Positions 15,228 to 23,331 of a DNA stretch of 44,086 nt are shown one piece after another (positions within the stretch are counted from its first letter, which is position 1; every line of letters begins with the position of its first letter). This stretch comes from an uncultured archaeon (lineage in GTDB: Archaea; Aenigmatarchaeota; Aenigmatarchaeia; CAZXUR01). The translations under genes were made by a program, and so were the position numbers. The DNA lies in contig CAZXUR010000006.1 in the NCBI GenBank assembly GCA_964644245.1, positions 1 through 44,086 on the forward strand, read 5' to 3'. The notes under the pieces were generated by a model. It was not told where the DNA came from and did no database searches. It worked only from the letters and a program-made list of their open reading frames with translations.

Positions 15228-15938
15228 ATGGGCATGCGTGTGGGAACCTGCGGATGGAACTATCTGGAGCCAGAGAAATTTGGCATCAAGGACTGGAAGC
15301 AGCGCTACAGTCACAAGCTTCAGGCCTATGCGAAACTGTTCGACCTGGTGGAGGTCAACTCATCGTTCTACCGTGTTCCCCGACTGTTCACCGCCAAGAA
15401 GTGGAGAAAACTGGCGGACGGAGTCAATTCGGACTTCGAGTTCACGCTCAAGGTCAGCCGGAAAATCACACATCAGGACTCGTTCTCCACCGGCAAGTCT
15501 CTGGGGGTGTTCAAGCGTATCAGAGACGTCTGCAGACTTCTAGGAGTGGACAAAGTCCTGTTCCAGACTCCCACTTCCTTCGATAACATGCCTGAGAACG
15601 AGGAGAAGATGAGGAAGTTCTTCGGCGAGGCGGACAGGGAAGTGCATGGCTACGAACTGCGCCTTATATGGGAGCCCATGAGCAGTACCTGGCAGGAGAA
15701 TCCTCAGGAACTGCGCAGCCTCTGCAAAGAGTTTGACCTCATCCACTGCACCGACCCGTTCAAGTCTGACCCGGTGACCGGGGGTTTTTTCTACATGCGC
15801 TTACACGGACCACAGGAGTACACCCAAAAGGATTTAGAAGAACTGAGAAAAAAGATAAAGGATTACAAATCAAGAAACGTCTACGTGCTGTTCGACAACG
15901 AATCTATGTACAGGAACGCCGAACAGCTGAAGGGTTAG
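15228..15938 (+). CDS. DUF72 (UPF0759) family protein
   Basis: VGTCGWNY, YAKLFDLVEVNSSFY and FEFTLKVSRKITH are the DUF72 hallmarks. Confidence 0.85.
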   Translation: MGMRVGTCGWNYLEPEKFGIKDWKQRYSHKLQAYAKLFDLVEVNSSFYRVPRLFTAKKWRKLADGVNSDFEFTLKVSRKITHQDSFSTGKSLGVFKRIRDVCRLLGVDKVLFQTPTSFDNMPENEEKMRKFFGEADREVHGYELRLIWEPMSSTWQENPQELRSLCKEFDLIHCTDPFKSDPVTGGFFYMRLHGPQEYTQKDLEELRKKIKDYKSRNVYVLFDNESMYRNAEQLKG

Positions 15939-15979
15939 TCCCCCTCTTCTTCATCTTTGTCTTTACATCCTCCGCACAT
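15935..15979 (-). CDS. tiny ORF (14 aa, MCGGCKDKDEEEGD) behind a repeated promoter/SD module
   Basis: GGAGG lies 6 nt before the ATG. The promoter-like repeat is at 16015..16029. Confidence 0.2.
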   Translation of the reverse strand: MCGGCKDKDEEEGD

Positions 15980-16014
15980 GGTCTGCCTCCTTCCTCTTAA
16001 CTTGGTCCTTGTGT

Positions 16015-16029
16015 TAATAAAAGTTGGGG
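16015..16029 (-). promoter_or_regulatory. repeated promoter-like element CCCCAACTTTTATTA, copy A
   Basis: 15-nt exact match to 16194..16208. TATA-like TTTTATTA ~40 nt upstream of a Shine-Dalgarno plus tiny ORF. Confidence 0.4.
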
Positions 16030-16080
16030 TAAAAAAGTCAAAAAAATAAAAGGCCAAAACAGGGATCACAAGAAGTCACT

Positions 16081-16155
16081 TCACTTCTTTTTCTTCTGTT
16101 TTTTCTTTTTCTTCTTGTCTTCATCTTCATCCGATGTTATTCCAAATTTACCCAT
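16081..16155 (-). CDS. tiny ORF (24 aa, MGKFGITSDEDEDKKKKKKQKKKK) behind the second promoter/SD module
   Basis: GGGGTGA lies 4 nt before the ATG. The promoter-like repeat is at 16194..16208. Confidence 0.25.
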   Translation of the reverse strand: MGKFGITSDEDEDKKKKKKQKKKK

Positions 16156-16193
16156 TATCTCACCCCTTTCCTTTGGTGCTTGTATCTCCACAC

Positions 16194-16208
16194 TAATAAA
16201 AGTTGGGG
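16194..16208 (-). promoter_or_regulatory. repeated promoter-like element CCCCAACTTTTATTA, copy B
   Basis: Exact copy of 16015..16029, located 179 nt away, directly after the UDG stop. Confidence 0.4.
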
Positions 16209-16210
16209 GG

Positions 16211-16774
16211 TCAGAGCCAGTCCAGGACCTTCTTCAGTGTCTGGAAGTCCTTTTTCAATGTCTCCTTTTTCTTACCGTAGAACACCGCGGCTGGATGGTA
16301 CATGGGCAGGTACACACGCCCCTCGCAACGTATGATATTACCGTGAGCCTTTTTCATGGAACCTTTGTCCAGCAAGAGTCTGGTAGCAACTCCTCCCAGG
16401 GAGCATATGACTTTCGGGTCTATGGCAGAAATCTGTTTCTCCAGGTACTCCCGGCACTCCTGGATTTCGCCGGCTCTGGGGTTGCGGTTCTTGGGTGGCC
16501 TGCATTTGAGGACCGAGGTTATGTAAACGTCTTCCCTGCTCAGGCCTATGGACTCCAGCAGCTGCTCCAGTAGCTTGCCCGCGCGTCCCACGAACGGCCT
16601 GCCGGTCTCGTCTTCCCGTCTGCCCGGAGCCTCTCCTACCAGCATGACCTCTGCGTTTGGATTGCCTTCGCCGGGCACTGCTTTGGTCCTTGTCTGGTGC
16701 AGGGAGCAACGCTTGCAGTTGCGAATTCTCGCAGATACAGTCTCCAGAGACATGACAAGAATTGAGAGCAGCAC
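16211..16774 (-). CDS. udg: family 4 uracil-DNA glycosylase
   Basis: CKRCSLHQTRTKAVPGEGNPNAEVMLVGEAPGRREDETGRPFVGRAGKLL, plus the 4-Cys cluster residues typical of family 4 UDG. Confidence 0.85.
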   Translation of the reverse strand: MLLSILVMSLETVSARIRNCKRCSLHQTRTKAVPGEGNPNAEVMLVGEAPGRREDETGRPFVGRAGKLLEQLLESIGLSREDVYITSVLKCRPPKNRNPRAGEIQECREYLEKQISAIDPKVICSLGGVATRLLLDKGSMKKAHGNIIRCEGRVYLPMYHPAAVFYGKKKETLKKDFQTLKKVLDWL

Positions 16775-16782
16775 TTATAAAA

Positions 16783-16998
16783 TCAGCAGATGTATCCGAC
16801 GTTAGGCTTCTTGGTTTTCTCTTTAGGTTCTTCTTCCAGGGGCAGGACCACTTCCTCTTCCACGTCCCCGAAGTCGTCGTCCACTTCCAGGGAAACCAGT
16901 CTAGCCTTCTTTCCCTTAACTTTGAAAGTAGCAGTAACGCTTGAATCATCGAATAACATGGGAAGAACTTTCTCCAGTTTCTTGAGTTTCTTCTTCAT
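16783..16998 (-). CDS. hypothetical small charged protein (71 aa)
   Basis: ORF only. Sits 8 nt upstream of udg on the same strand. Confidence 0.4.
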   Translation of the reverse strand: MKKKLKKLEKVLPMLFDDSSVTATFKVKGKKARLVSLEVDDDFGDVEEEVVLPLEEEPKEKTKKPNVGYIC

Positions 16999-17076
16999 AT
17001 CAGAAGATATATCAAGAAACGATTTAAAGGTTTAAGGCTCTTTAAACTTTATATATTTCTTAGATGAATCTAGTTT

Positions 17077-17361
17077 ATGAGAGGGTCTCTTGCCATAAAC
17101 ACCGCGGCAAAGTTCGTGATAGCAGTGGCAGTAATCGCAGTTATCATGGGGCTCATTTATTACTACGGCATCTTGGAAATGGGCGGCCTGAAGGCTGACC
17201 AGGAAGCCAGGGAGGCCTGCGAGAAGCTGAAGACCAACTACGGATGCAATTACGACAGTTCTTACGCCAAAGATGAACTGACAAGTAAATGCATAGACGC
17301 CGGCTATGTGGATGAAAACGGGGAAGCTTTATTGGAAAGATGTTGTGCGTTGTACTGTTGA
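17077..17361 (+). CDS. small Cys-containing protein with N-terminal hydrophobic (pilin-like) segment
   Basis: MRGSLAINTAAKFVIAVAVIAVIMGLIYYYG followed by a Cys-containing soluble part. TATA ctttatatat upstream. Confidence 0.5.
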   Translation: MRGSLAINTAAKFVIAVAVIAVIMGLIYYYGILEMGGLKADQEAREACEKLKTNYGCNYDSSYAKDELTSKCIDAGYVDENGEALLERCCALYC

Positions 17362-17365
17362 TATT

Positions 17366-17665
17366 ATGAAAGGAGTAAGTTTGCCCATAAATGCGGTGGT
17401 TTTGTTAGTGCTGGCCATAATAGTGGTCGCTGCCAGCGCCATGTTCTTCATGGGCATAATAGGTCAGAGCAAAACAGAGATGGATAACGACCAGATACGC
17501 ACACTCTGCTGTACTAGGCTCACCTGCGAAGAGGAGAACTTCGCAGACATACTTTCCAGCTGCAAAATAGAAGGTTTGGATGAGGATGGGTTGAAAGGTG
17601 CTTTCGGTATCGGGGTTACTCCTGAAAACATCAAATCAGAGTGCGGGTGCGGGGGTTCTCCCTAA
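17366..17665 (+). CDS. small Cys-containing protein with N-terminal hydrophobic (pilin-like) segment; same architecture as 17077..17361
   Basis: The ATG at 17366 gives MKGVSLPINAVVLLVLAIIVVAASAMFFMGI. The track start at 17306 would overlap the previous gene. Confidence 0.5.
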   Translation: MKGVSLPINAVVLLVLAIIVVAASAMFFMGIIGQSKTEMDNDQIRTLCCTRLTCEEENFADILSSCKIEGLDEDGLKGAFGIGVTPENIKSECGCGGSP

Positions 17666-17811
17666 CCAAGTATGAAGAACCCGAAGTCCGCGGGGGTAAC
17701 TGTTCTTTTGGTAATAATCAGGAAGAGAAGATAGAGGATTATCAATATCAACAGGTACTTTATGATTATTCTCTCCACAGGCAGTTGTGTTTCTTTTTTC
17801 TTCTTGGCCAT
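17662..17811 (-). CDS. possible small membrane protein (49 aa)
   Basis: Hand-translated: MAKKKKETQLPVERIIIKYLLILIILYLLFLIITKR... TATA-like aaatttatat ~25 nt upstream. Confidence 0.35.
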   Translation of the reverse strand: MAKKKKETQLPVERIIIKYLLILIILYLLFLIITKRTVTPADFGFFILG

Positions 17812-17844
17812 ACGATTATTTGTCCGTACCCATATAAATTTTTA

Positions 17845-18270
17845 TCAGTCCACTGTCAAGTGAGAAAGATAGGCGAGAAAGGCAACTAGAAAGTAGGGTG
17901 TTCCCAGGAGAAGGAGCGGAGAGGACAGTACCAGGCCTGCCGGGAGGGAGTGGAAACGTCCCCTGTGCCTGGTAAAGGACAGGAGCAGGAGCAGGACTAG
18001 TGAAACCAGTGCTGAGGCGAGTACGTACACGCGGGAAGAAAAGTAGTAAATAGCAAGAAGCACCAAAGAAGAGGTCAGGAGCACACGTGTGAACAGTTTC
18101 TTGATTTTGGAGGAGGGGTTGTCCAGGTCGGGCAGGAGTGAGTAGAGGAGTGTGAGTGGCAAAAGGACTGCTGTCTGGGGCAATGTCAGGGCAGTCACCA
18201 GGTATTGGTACGCTTGGATGAATATGAGCAGGACCAACAGTCCCACCAGTAAGTGTCCTTGGTAACGCAT
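17845..18270 (-). CDS. DUF457/YdjM-like membrane-bound metal-dependent hydrolase
   Basis: MRYQGHLLVG..LLPDLDNPSSKI motif. Four hydrophobic helices. Confidence 0.55.
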   Translation of the reverse strand: MRYQGHLLVGLLVLLIFIQAYQYLVTALTLPQTAVLLPLTLLYSLLPDLDNPSSKIKKLFTRVLLTSSLVLLAIYYFSSRVYVLASALVSLVLLLLLSFTRHRGRFHSLPAGLVLSSPLLLLGTPYFLVAFLAYLSHLTVD

Positions 18271-18283
18271 ATATAAAGAATAA

Positions 18284-18391
18284 TCAGGAAGTTATAAAAC
18301 TTTCCTCGTCTTCCTCTTCAAGTCTGGCCCCGCATTCAGGACAGAAGTTGTAGTCAGAAGGGTAATCCTTCTTGCACTTGCCGCATTTCAT
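18284..18391 (-). CDS. possible zinc-ribbon peptide (35 aa)
   Basis: MKCGKCKKDYPSDYNFCPECGARLEEEDEE: CxxC-x12-CxxC. Confidence 0.4.
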   Translation of the reverse strand: MKCGKCKKDYPSDYNFCPECGARLEEEDEESFITS

Positions 18392-18456
18392 GTTCCTGAC
18401 TAGTATATGTGGGGAAAAGATTTAAGGTTATTCCGCACTAATAGTAGTGTGTTTTT

Positions 18457-19152
18457 ATGAAGGCAGTGATACTGGCAGGCGGAAAAGGCACCCGTTTGAG
18501 GCCGTTCACCTACTCGGTGCCCAAACCCCTGCTCCCCGTGCAGCAGAGACCAATCATGGAACATGTGATTCTGCACCTGAAAAGACACGAAGTCAAGGAC
18601 TTCATAGTCACGGTCGGCCATCTGGGTTACCAGATAAAAAACTACTTCGGGGACGGTGACGAACTGGGAATAGACATAAAGTACCTGGAAGAGGACAAGC
18701 CACAGGGCACTGCCGGATGCCTGGTGCCTTTGAAAAAAGAACTGAAAGACACATTCCTGGTCATGGCTGGGGACAACCTCACCAATCTGGATTTCCAGAA
18801 GTTCGTCCAGTTCCACCGGGACAAGCAAGCCCTGGCTTCTATAGTACTGACCAAGATAGAGGTGCCCATAGAGTACGGGATTGTGGAAACCGAACAGCAT
18901 ATCATAAAGGGATTCAAGGAAAAACCCACATACAAGTTTGACATGTCCACCATGATATACGCTTTGGAGCCCCAAGTGTTCGACTACATAAAACCGGGGG
19001 ACGATTTTGCGAAGGACATATTCCCGCAGCTGCTGGAGGACGACAAAAGGGTGTGCGGGTACAAGTTCGATGGGTTCTGGTCGGACGTTGGTAGACACGA
19101 AGACCTAAGAAAAGTAAATGGAATAAAAGAAAAAGGAAAGGAAAAAGGTTGA
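18457..19152 (+). CDS. sugar-1-phosphate nucleotidylyltransferase (NDP-sugar pyrophosphorylase)
   Basis: MKAVILAGGKGTRLRPFTYSVPKPLLPV signature. LVMAGDNL. Confidence 0.85.
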   Translation: MKAVILAGGKGTRLRPFTYSVPKPLLPVQQRPIMEHVILHLKRHEVKDFIVTVGHLGYQIKNYFGDGDELGIDIKYLEEDKPQGTAGCLVPLKKELKDTFLVMAGDNLTNLDFQKFVQFHRDKQALASIVLTKIEVPIEYGIVETEQHIIKGFKEKPTYKFDMSTMIYALEPQVFDYIKPGDDFAKDIFPQLLEDDKRVCGYKFDGFWSDVGRHEDLRKVNGIKEKGKEKG

Positions 19153-19159
19153 AAAGGGT

Positions 19160-19924
19160 TCAGACTAACTTCCGAAGTTCTTCTATTTTCTTTAGAGCCA
19201 TGTCAACTGCTTCGAAAAGCTCTTCTTTCTTGAAAAACCCGGATTTTGACTTTTGCATTGCGCAGAGTTTGCTTTCGGTGGAGCCCACGGTGAGTTTGGC
19301 AGTCACTGCCTTCTCTTCCTGTCTGGAAGGGTCCATCAAAAGATGGTTGTTGGCCTTGCAGACCGACACTTCCAGGGGCTTTTCCTTCAGCTTCAGGGGC
19401 TTTGTCTTCTCTCTGTCCACCGAATCGTCCTTCTTGACGTAGGTGGGCACTTTTGTCACGCTCAGCGCGCCCAGTACTGCCAGCGAACAGGCGTCCGTCA
19501 GATTTCCATCGTCGTTTATCACGGACACGTCTATGAACAGCATCCAGACCTTCTCTCCCTCTTCTAGACACAGGTCGGAGAAATCCACTGCTTTGGACTC
19601 TCGTACGGCTCTGTCCAATACCCTGGCCGCTTCCACGGCATCTTCCCTGGGATATCCCCTTTCGAACTCAGGGGATGCTATGGGAGAAAACTCCACATTC
19701 ACTATCAGTGCTCCTTCGTCGGGCGTGTCGGGATACGGTTCTCCGGTTCCCAGCTTCACTCCGCAAAGGACCTCTGTCTTGCCTATCTTTACCCTGCATG
19801 AACCTTCTGCATTGTCCAGTACGTCTTTCTCAACTTTGACTTCTCGGAACTCGTCCATCTTTCTGCCTCCCGGCCTCTCGCCGTTCTGGAGGTACTTTTC
19901 CACTCTCAAGTCATCTCTTATCAT
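19160..19924 (-). CDS. rrp42: exosome complex subunit Rrp42 (inactive RNase PH-like)
   Basis: RNase PH fold similarity and the conserved position after rrp41. 4-nt overlap with rrp41. Confidence 0.85.
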   Translation of the reverse strand: MIRDDLRVEKYLQNGERPGGRKMDEFREVKVEKDVLDNAEGSCRVKIGKTEVLCGVKLGTGEPYPDTPDEGALIVNVEFSPIASPEFERGYPREDAVEAARVLDRAVRESKAVDFSDLCLEEGEKVWMLFIDVSVINDDGNLTDACSLAVLGALSVTKVPTYVKKDDSVDREKTKPLKLKEKPLEVSVCKANNHLLMDPSRQEEKAVTAKLTVGSTESKLCAMQKSKSGFFKKEELFEAVDMALKKIEELRKLV

Positions 19925-20655
19925 TTGGACGCCTCCTCAGGAGTCTCCGCTTGGTACTTGGAAAGCAACGCTTTCTCTTGTATGTCTCTGATTTCCTTGC
20001 AGGCCTTTATGGCCATGTCAATTCCCTTCTTGAAACCTTTCACGTCTATCAGACCGTCCATCTGGACCAAGGAAATTTCCTTGTTCCTGTGGATGTAAGC
20101 TATTGGCAAATCCACTTCTCCTTCAGTATCTTCCTTGCCTGCCACATCCAGCACTATCTTTCCTTCGACCATGCCTACCGCGACTGAAGCCACCAAATCT
20201 CTCATGGCCACTCCCGCGTCCGCGAGTGCCAGCGAGGCTGCGTTTATGGCAGCGCATCTGGTGGAAGCGTCAGCCTGTATCACGTCTATGAACAGTTTGA
20301 TTCCTGCGTCAGGAAAGTCTTCCAGGTACAAAACCGGTGAAAGGGCTTCCCTTATCACCATGGATATCTCGGTTCCCCTTCTCGACCTTCCCGGCCTTAT
20401 CCGGTCTTCGGTGGAGAAAGGAAGCATCATGTACTTGGAGACCAAAACGCACTCGGTGGGTTCTCTGAGCCTTCTGGGGTGCAACACCAAAGGACCGTAC
20501 ACAGCAGCTATTACCTTGGTCTTTCCCATGGAAAATCGAGCTGAACCGGTCGCGTTGGGAATCACTCCCACTTCTGCTTCTATGGGCCTGAGTTCGGTCA
20601 GGCCTCTCCCGTCGATTCTTTCGTTATTCTTTATCTGTTTTTCCATCCTTATCAC
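19921..20655 (-). CDS. rrp41: exosome complex exonuclease Rrp41 (RNase PH)
   Basis: RIDGRGLTELRPIEAEVGVIPNATGSARFSMGKTKVIAAVYGP. Confidence 0.9.
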   Translation of the reverse strand: MIRMEKQIKNNERIDGRGLTELRPIEAEVGVIPNATGSARFSMGKTKVIAAVYGPLVLHPRRLREPTECVLVSKYMMLPFSTEDRIRPGRSRRGTEISMVIREALSPVLYLEDFPDAGIKLFIDVIQADASTRCAAINAASLALADAGVAMRDLVASVAVGMVEGKIVLDVAGKEDTEGEVDLPIAYIHRNKEISLVQMDGLIDVKGFKKGIDMAIKACKEIRDIQEKALLSKYQAETPEEASK

Positions 20656-21496
20656 CTTTTACTTTGAGAGAAACTTCCTTCTTCTCTGGCTCTATCACTT
20701 TCTCTGGTTTTCCTGATTCCTTGTCTCTGGACTTCTTCGGTTTCTTCTCGGGTTTCTTCTTGGACTTCTTCTCACTCTTCTTGCCCTTCTTTTCTTCTGT
20801 CTTGACCTTTTCCACGTCCACCCAGTCATCGAGTTTCTTGTCGATGTAACTGGTGAGGCCGGAAGTGTGTGATTTCTTCTCCACTTCCTTGACCGCCTTG
20901 ATGGAGGCTTCTTCGTCTCCGCCGGAGACCCATACAACTCCATTCTGTCCGACGATTATCTTGGAACCGGTCTTCTTCTTGATTACTTCTACCATGGAGC
21001 CGCCCTTGCCTATCACTCTGGGCACCTTGGAAGGGGTAATCGATATGATTTTTCCACCCTTCAGGGGCCTGCACATGCGGTCCCTCATGGAAAGTTTTAC
21101 CGAGAATTTCTTGGTCACCTTTGACACCTGTATGTACACGTAGTCTCCCACGTCGTAGTAATCAGACAAGTCTGCCGAGGAAAGGTCTACGTAGTCCTTC
21201 ACCACTTCGGACAGGGGCATCATGCCCAGTATGAACGAGTTTATGTCTGCCTGCCAGTGGTTGAAAGAAACCTCTTCCACACGGGCGATTATCTTGTCTC
21301 CCTTCCTGGGTTCGTAGACCCCGGAAAGGGGTATGACTCTACATCTCTTGTTCTTCATGTCAAAGATACCCACATGCTTGGAGTACACTTCGTTTTCCTT
21401 GTCGTTAGTTTCGATGTAAGTTCCTGGACCAGCAACCTCGTCAACTGCGAGGAGTGTTCCGGGTACAACTATTGTCTTCTCTGTTAACTTTAACAT
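20624..21496 (-). CDS. rrp4: exosome RNA-binding subunit Rrp4 (S1 + KH) with a ~60-aa Lys-rich C-terminal tail
   Basis: S1 and KH domain motifs (VIGKGGSMVEVIKKKTGSKIIVGQNG). The tail KKGKKSEKKSKKKPEKKPKK.. overlaps the rrp41 start by 32 nt. GGAGGA precedes the ATG. Confidence 0.85.
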   Translation of the reverse strand: MLKLTEKTIVVPGTLLAVDEVAGPGTYIETNDKENEVYSKHVGIFDMKNKRCRVIPLSGVYEPRKGDKIIARVEEVSFNHWQADINSFILGMMPLSEVVKDYVDLSSADLSDYYDVGDYVYIQVSKVTKKFSVKLSMRDRMCRPLKGGKIISITPSKVPRVIGKGGSMVEVIKKKTGSKIIVGQNGVVWVSGGDEEASIKAVKEVEKKSHTSGLTSYIDKKLDDWVDVEKVKTEEKKGKKSEKKSKKKPEKKPKKSRDKESGKPEKVIEPEKKEVSLKVKGDKDGKTDKE

Positions 21497-21520
21497 ATTA
21501 TCCTCCTTTTTATATCGTCA

Positions 21521-21554
21521 GGACCACTGGTATATACATAACAAACCGTGGTCC
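21521..21554. promoter_or_regulatory. 7-bp inverted repeat (GGACCAC..GTGGTCC) enclosing the TATA-like element upstream of rrp4
   Basis: Perfect 7-bp arms with a 20-nt loop tggtatatacataacaaacc. Lies 25-58 nt upstream of the rrp4 ATG. Confidence 0.35.
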
Positions 21555-21615
21555 CAGTTACGAAATGATGGGATAAACCCAGTTAAACTCAATGCCAAAC
21601 TATTTAAAGGCTTTC

Positions 21616-22305
21616 TCATTCCAACTCCTTGACTTGGGCTTCACCGTGTGTGACTGAGTTGATTTTGTCGTAAAAGTCAGACCTTGCGGCTGCCGACAGT
21701 TCCAGTTCACACTGATAGTCACCGTTGTTGAGCCAGTTCTCCTTTTGGGGGGTGAATTGCTTTATGATGCCATAGGCGGGTCCGGTGTACTTGGCAGGCA
21801 CTTTGACCGATATCCTGACCTTCTCAAATGACAGGGGGAGTATCTCGCGCAAGGCGTCCACCACTTCCTCGAACTGTCTTGATGCGGGTCTGGTGTCCAC
21901 GTGAACCCCTGCCTTGTCCATGGCCCTGAGTATGCGCTCAGGCGGGTGGGGAGTCTTGTTCCTGGGGTCCAGGGCGTTCCTGGATATCATGTTTGCCACC
22001 TGCTTTTTCCTCTGCTCCACCTGTTTTCTGCGTATCTCGGTAGGCACTTGCACGTCCCCTTTCGTGACGATGGCTCTGGCCACCTTCATCTTGTCTGCGG
22101 TGTTGAACACTCCTTCCAGTAGTTCGTTAGAACACTTCAGACCTTTCTGGGAATCCTTCCAGATTTCCTCTACCGCAAGCAGGTCATGCATAGAAACCTG
22201 TTTGCCGGCACGCATCTTAAGAGCGAGTTCAGGGTCCACCAGTACTTCAAATGTGTGTCCGTCCCTCTTAAGGCTGGCTATTACCGCCTTGTCAAGTTTA
22301 ACCAT
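21616..22305 (-). CDS. SBDS-family ribosome maturation protein
   Basis: VIASLKRDGHTFEVLVDPELALKMRAGK N-terminal FYSH domain. Conserved position between psmA and rrp4. Confidence 0.9.
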   Translation of the reverse strand: MVKLDKAVIASLKRDGHTFEVLVDPELALKMRAGKQVSMHDLLAVEEIWKDSQKGLKCSNELLEGVFNTADKMKVARAIVTKGDVQVPTEIRRKQVEQRKKQVANMISRNALDPRNKTPHPPERILRAMDKAGVHVDTRPASRQFEEVVDALREILPLSFEKVRISVKVPAKYTGPAYGIIKQFTPQKENWLNNGDYQCELELSAAARSDFYDKINSVTHGEAQVKELE

Positions 22306-22317
22306 CAGACCACCGGT

Positions 22318-23022
22318 TTAAGGAAGTGCTTTCTTGATTTCTTTGGGGCCAAAAGCCCTGAACTTGTCCTCGACCGCTGCTATCTCCACCGTCTTTACGT
22401 TCAGTTTTTTCTCTCCGGCCTTCAGCGCCTTGACAGCCAGCTTAACTGCGTCTTCCTGGGACAAACTCTGCTTGTACCCCTTCTTGAGCACTTTCTTGGC
22501 TGCAGAGGAACCCCTGCCCAGAGCGTGGGCGTACCATTCCTTCATGGTACCGGGAGGGTCTGTCTCGAATAGACGAGGACCCTTGTTGCATCCTCCTATG
22601 AGAAGCGAGACTCCGTAGGGCCTTATGCCAGCGTACTGTGTGTACATCTGGGCCCGGTCGGCAAGCTCTTTGACAAGAGAAGTGATTTGGATGGGCTCTC
22701 CGTAGGTTATGCGGTTGGTCTGTGCCTTGACCCTGGCATAGTCCACGATTACCCGTCCGTCAGCCACGATACCGCATGTGGCAGCACCGATGTGCTCGTC
22801 GATTTTGAACACCTTTTCCTGCTTGTCAGTAACGAACAAATCTGGGACCAGTTTGATGGCTGCGAGCAGTACTCCGTCAGAGTATCTCACGCCTACGGTA
22901 GTGGTTCCTTTGTCCACAGCTTGCTTCGCGTACTCTATTTGGAACAAACGTCCTTCAGGGGAAAACACAACCATAGCTCGGTCGTAACCCATCTGTTCAG
23001 GTAATTTCATCTCCATAATCAC
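22318..23022 (-). CDS. psmA: proteasome subunit alpha
   Basis: GYDRAMVVFSPEGRLFQIEYA. The start may be one of the internal Met codons (residues 3, 5 or 11). Confidence 0.9.
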   Translation of the reverse strand: MIMEMKLPEQMGYDRAMVVFSPEGRLFQIEYAKQAVDKGTTTVGVRYSDGVLLAAIKLVPDLFVTDKQEKVFKIDEHIGAATCGIVADGRVIVDYARVKAQTNRITYGEPIQITSLVKELADRAQMYTQYAGIRPYGVSLLIGGCNKGPRLFETDPPGTMKEWYAHALGRGSSAAKKVLKKGYKQSLSQEDAVKLAVKALKAGEKKLNVKTVEIAAVEDKFRAFGPKEIKKALP

Positions 23023-23331
23023 ACCCTTACAACTTTACCTCCTTATACTCACAAATATCAGATATACCTAATATAGGTGGAGAAGGTTTATATAGTTTGT
23101 CTAATCAGACGGTTCTTCGGGTAAGACGTCTTCTATTATGGACACACGTGCCATCCTCTGGTTCCGGGAACTTATGGATAGCCTTTTATTTAACCTCTAG
23201 ACAACTAAAACTCTTTCAGATTCTTCTGTGCCTTGAGGTTGGTAACGAGCAGAACACCGCATCCCACGTGTCCTCGGAGTCCTTCAAAGCCTTGCCCTCA
23301 GACGTCTCACACATTTGTCTTCTATCTTTTA

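Noticed and set aside
16338-16949. 203-aa Arg-rich ORF and the 152-aa + strand ORF over udg
   Set aside because: These are alternative-frame shadows. The 16211..16774 frame contains the family 4 UDG motifs.
18400-19098. 232-aa minus-strand ORF overlapping the nucleotidyltransferase gene
   Set aside because: The + frame has the GGKGTRLRP..PKPL signature. The minus frame has no motif and unusual composition.
23023-23331. SRP RNA or tRNA in the large intergenic region
   Set aside because: The size would fit a 7S RNA. However, I see no GGAA-type helix 8 motif, no GC-rich terminal helices, and no T-loop (GTTCRAATC) or cloverleaf anywhere in the window.
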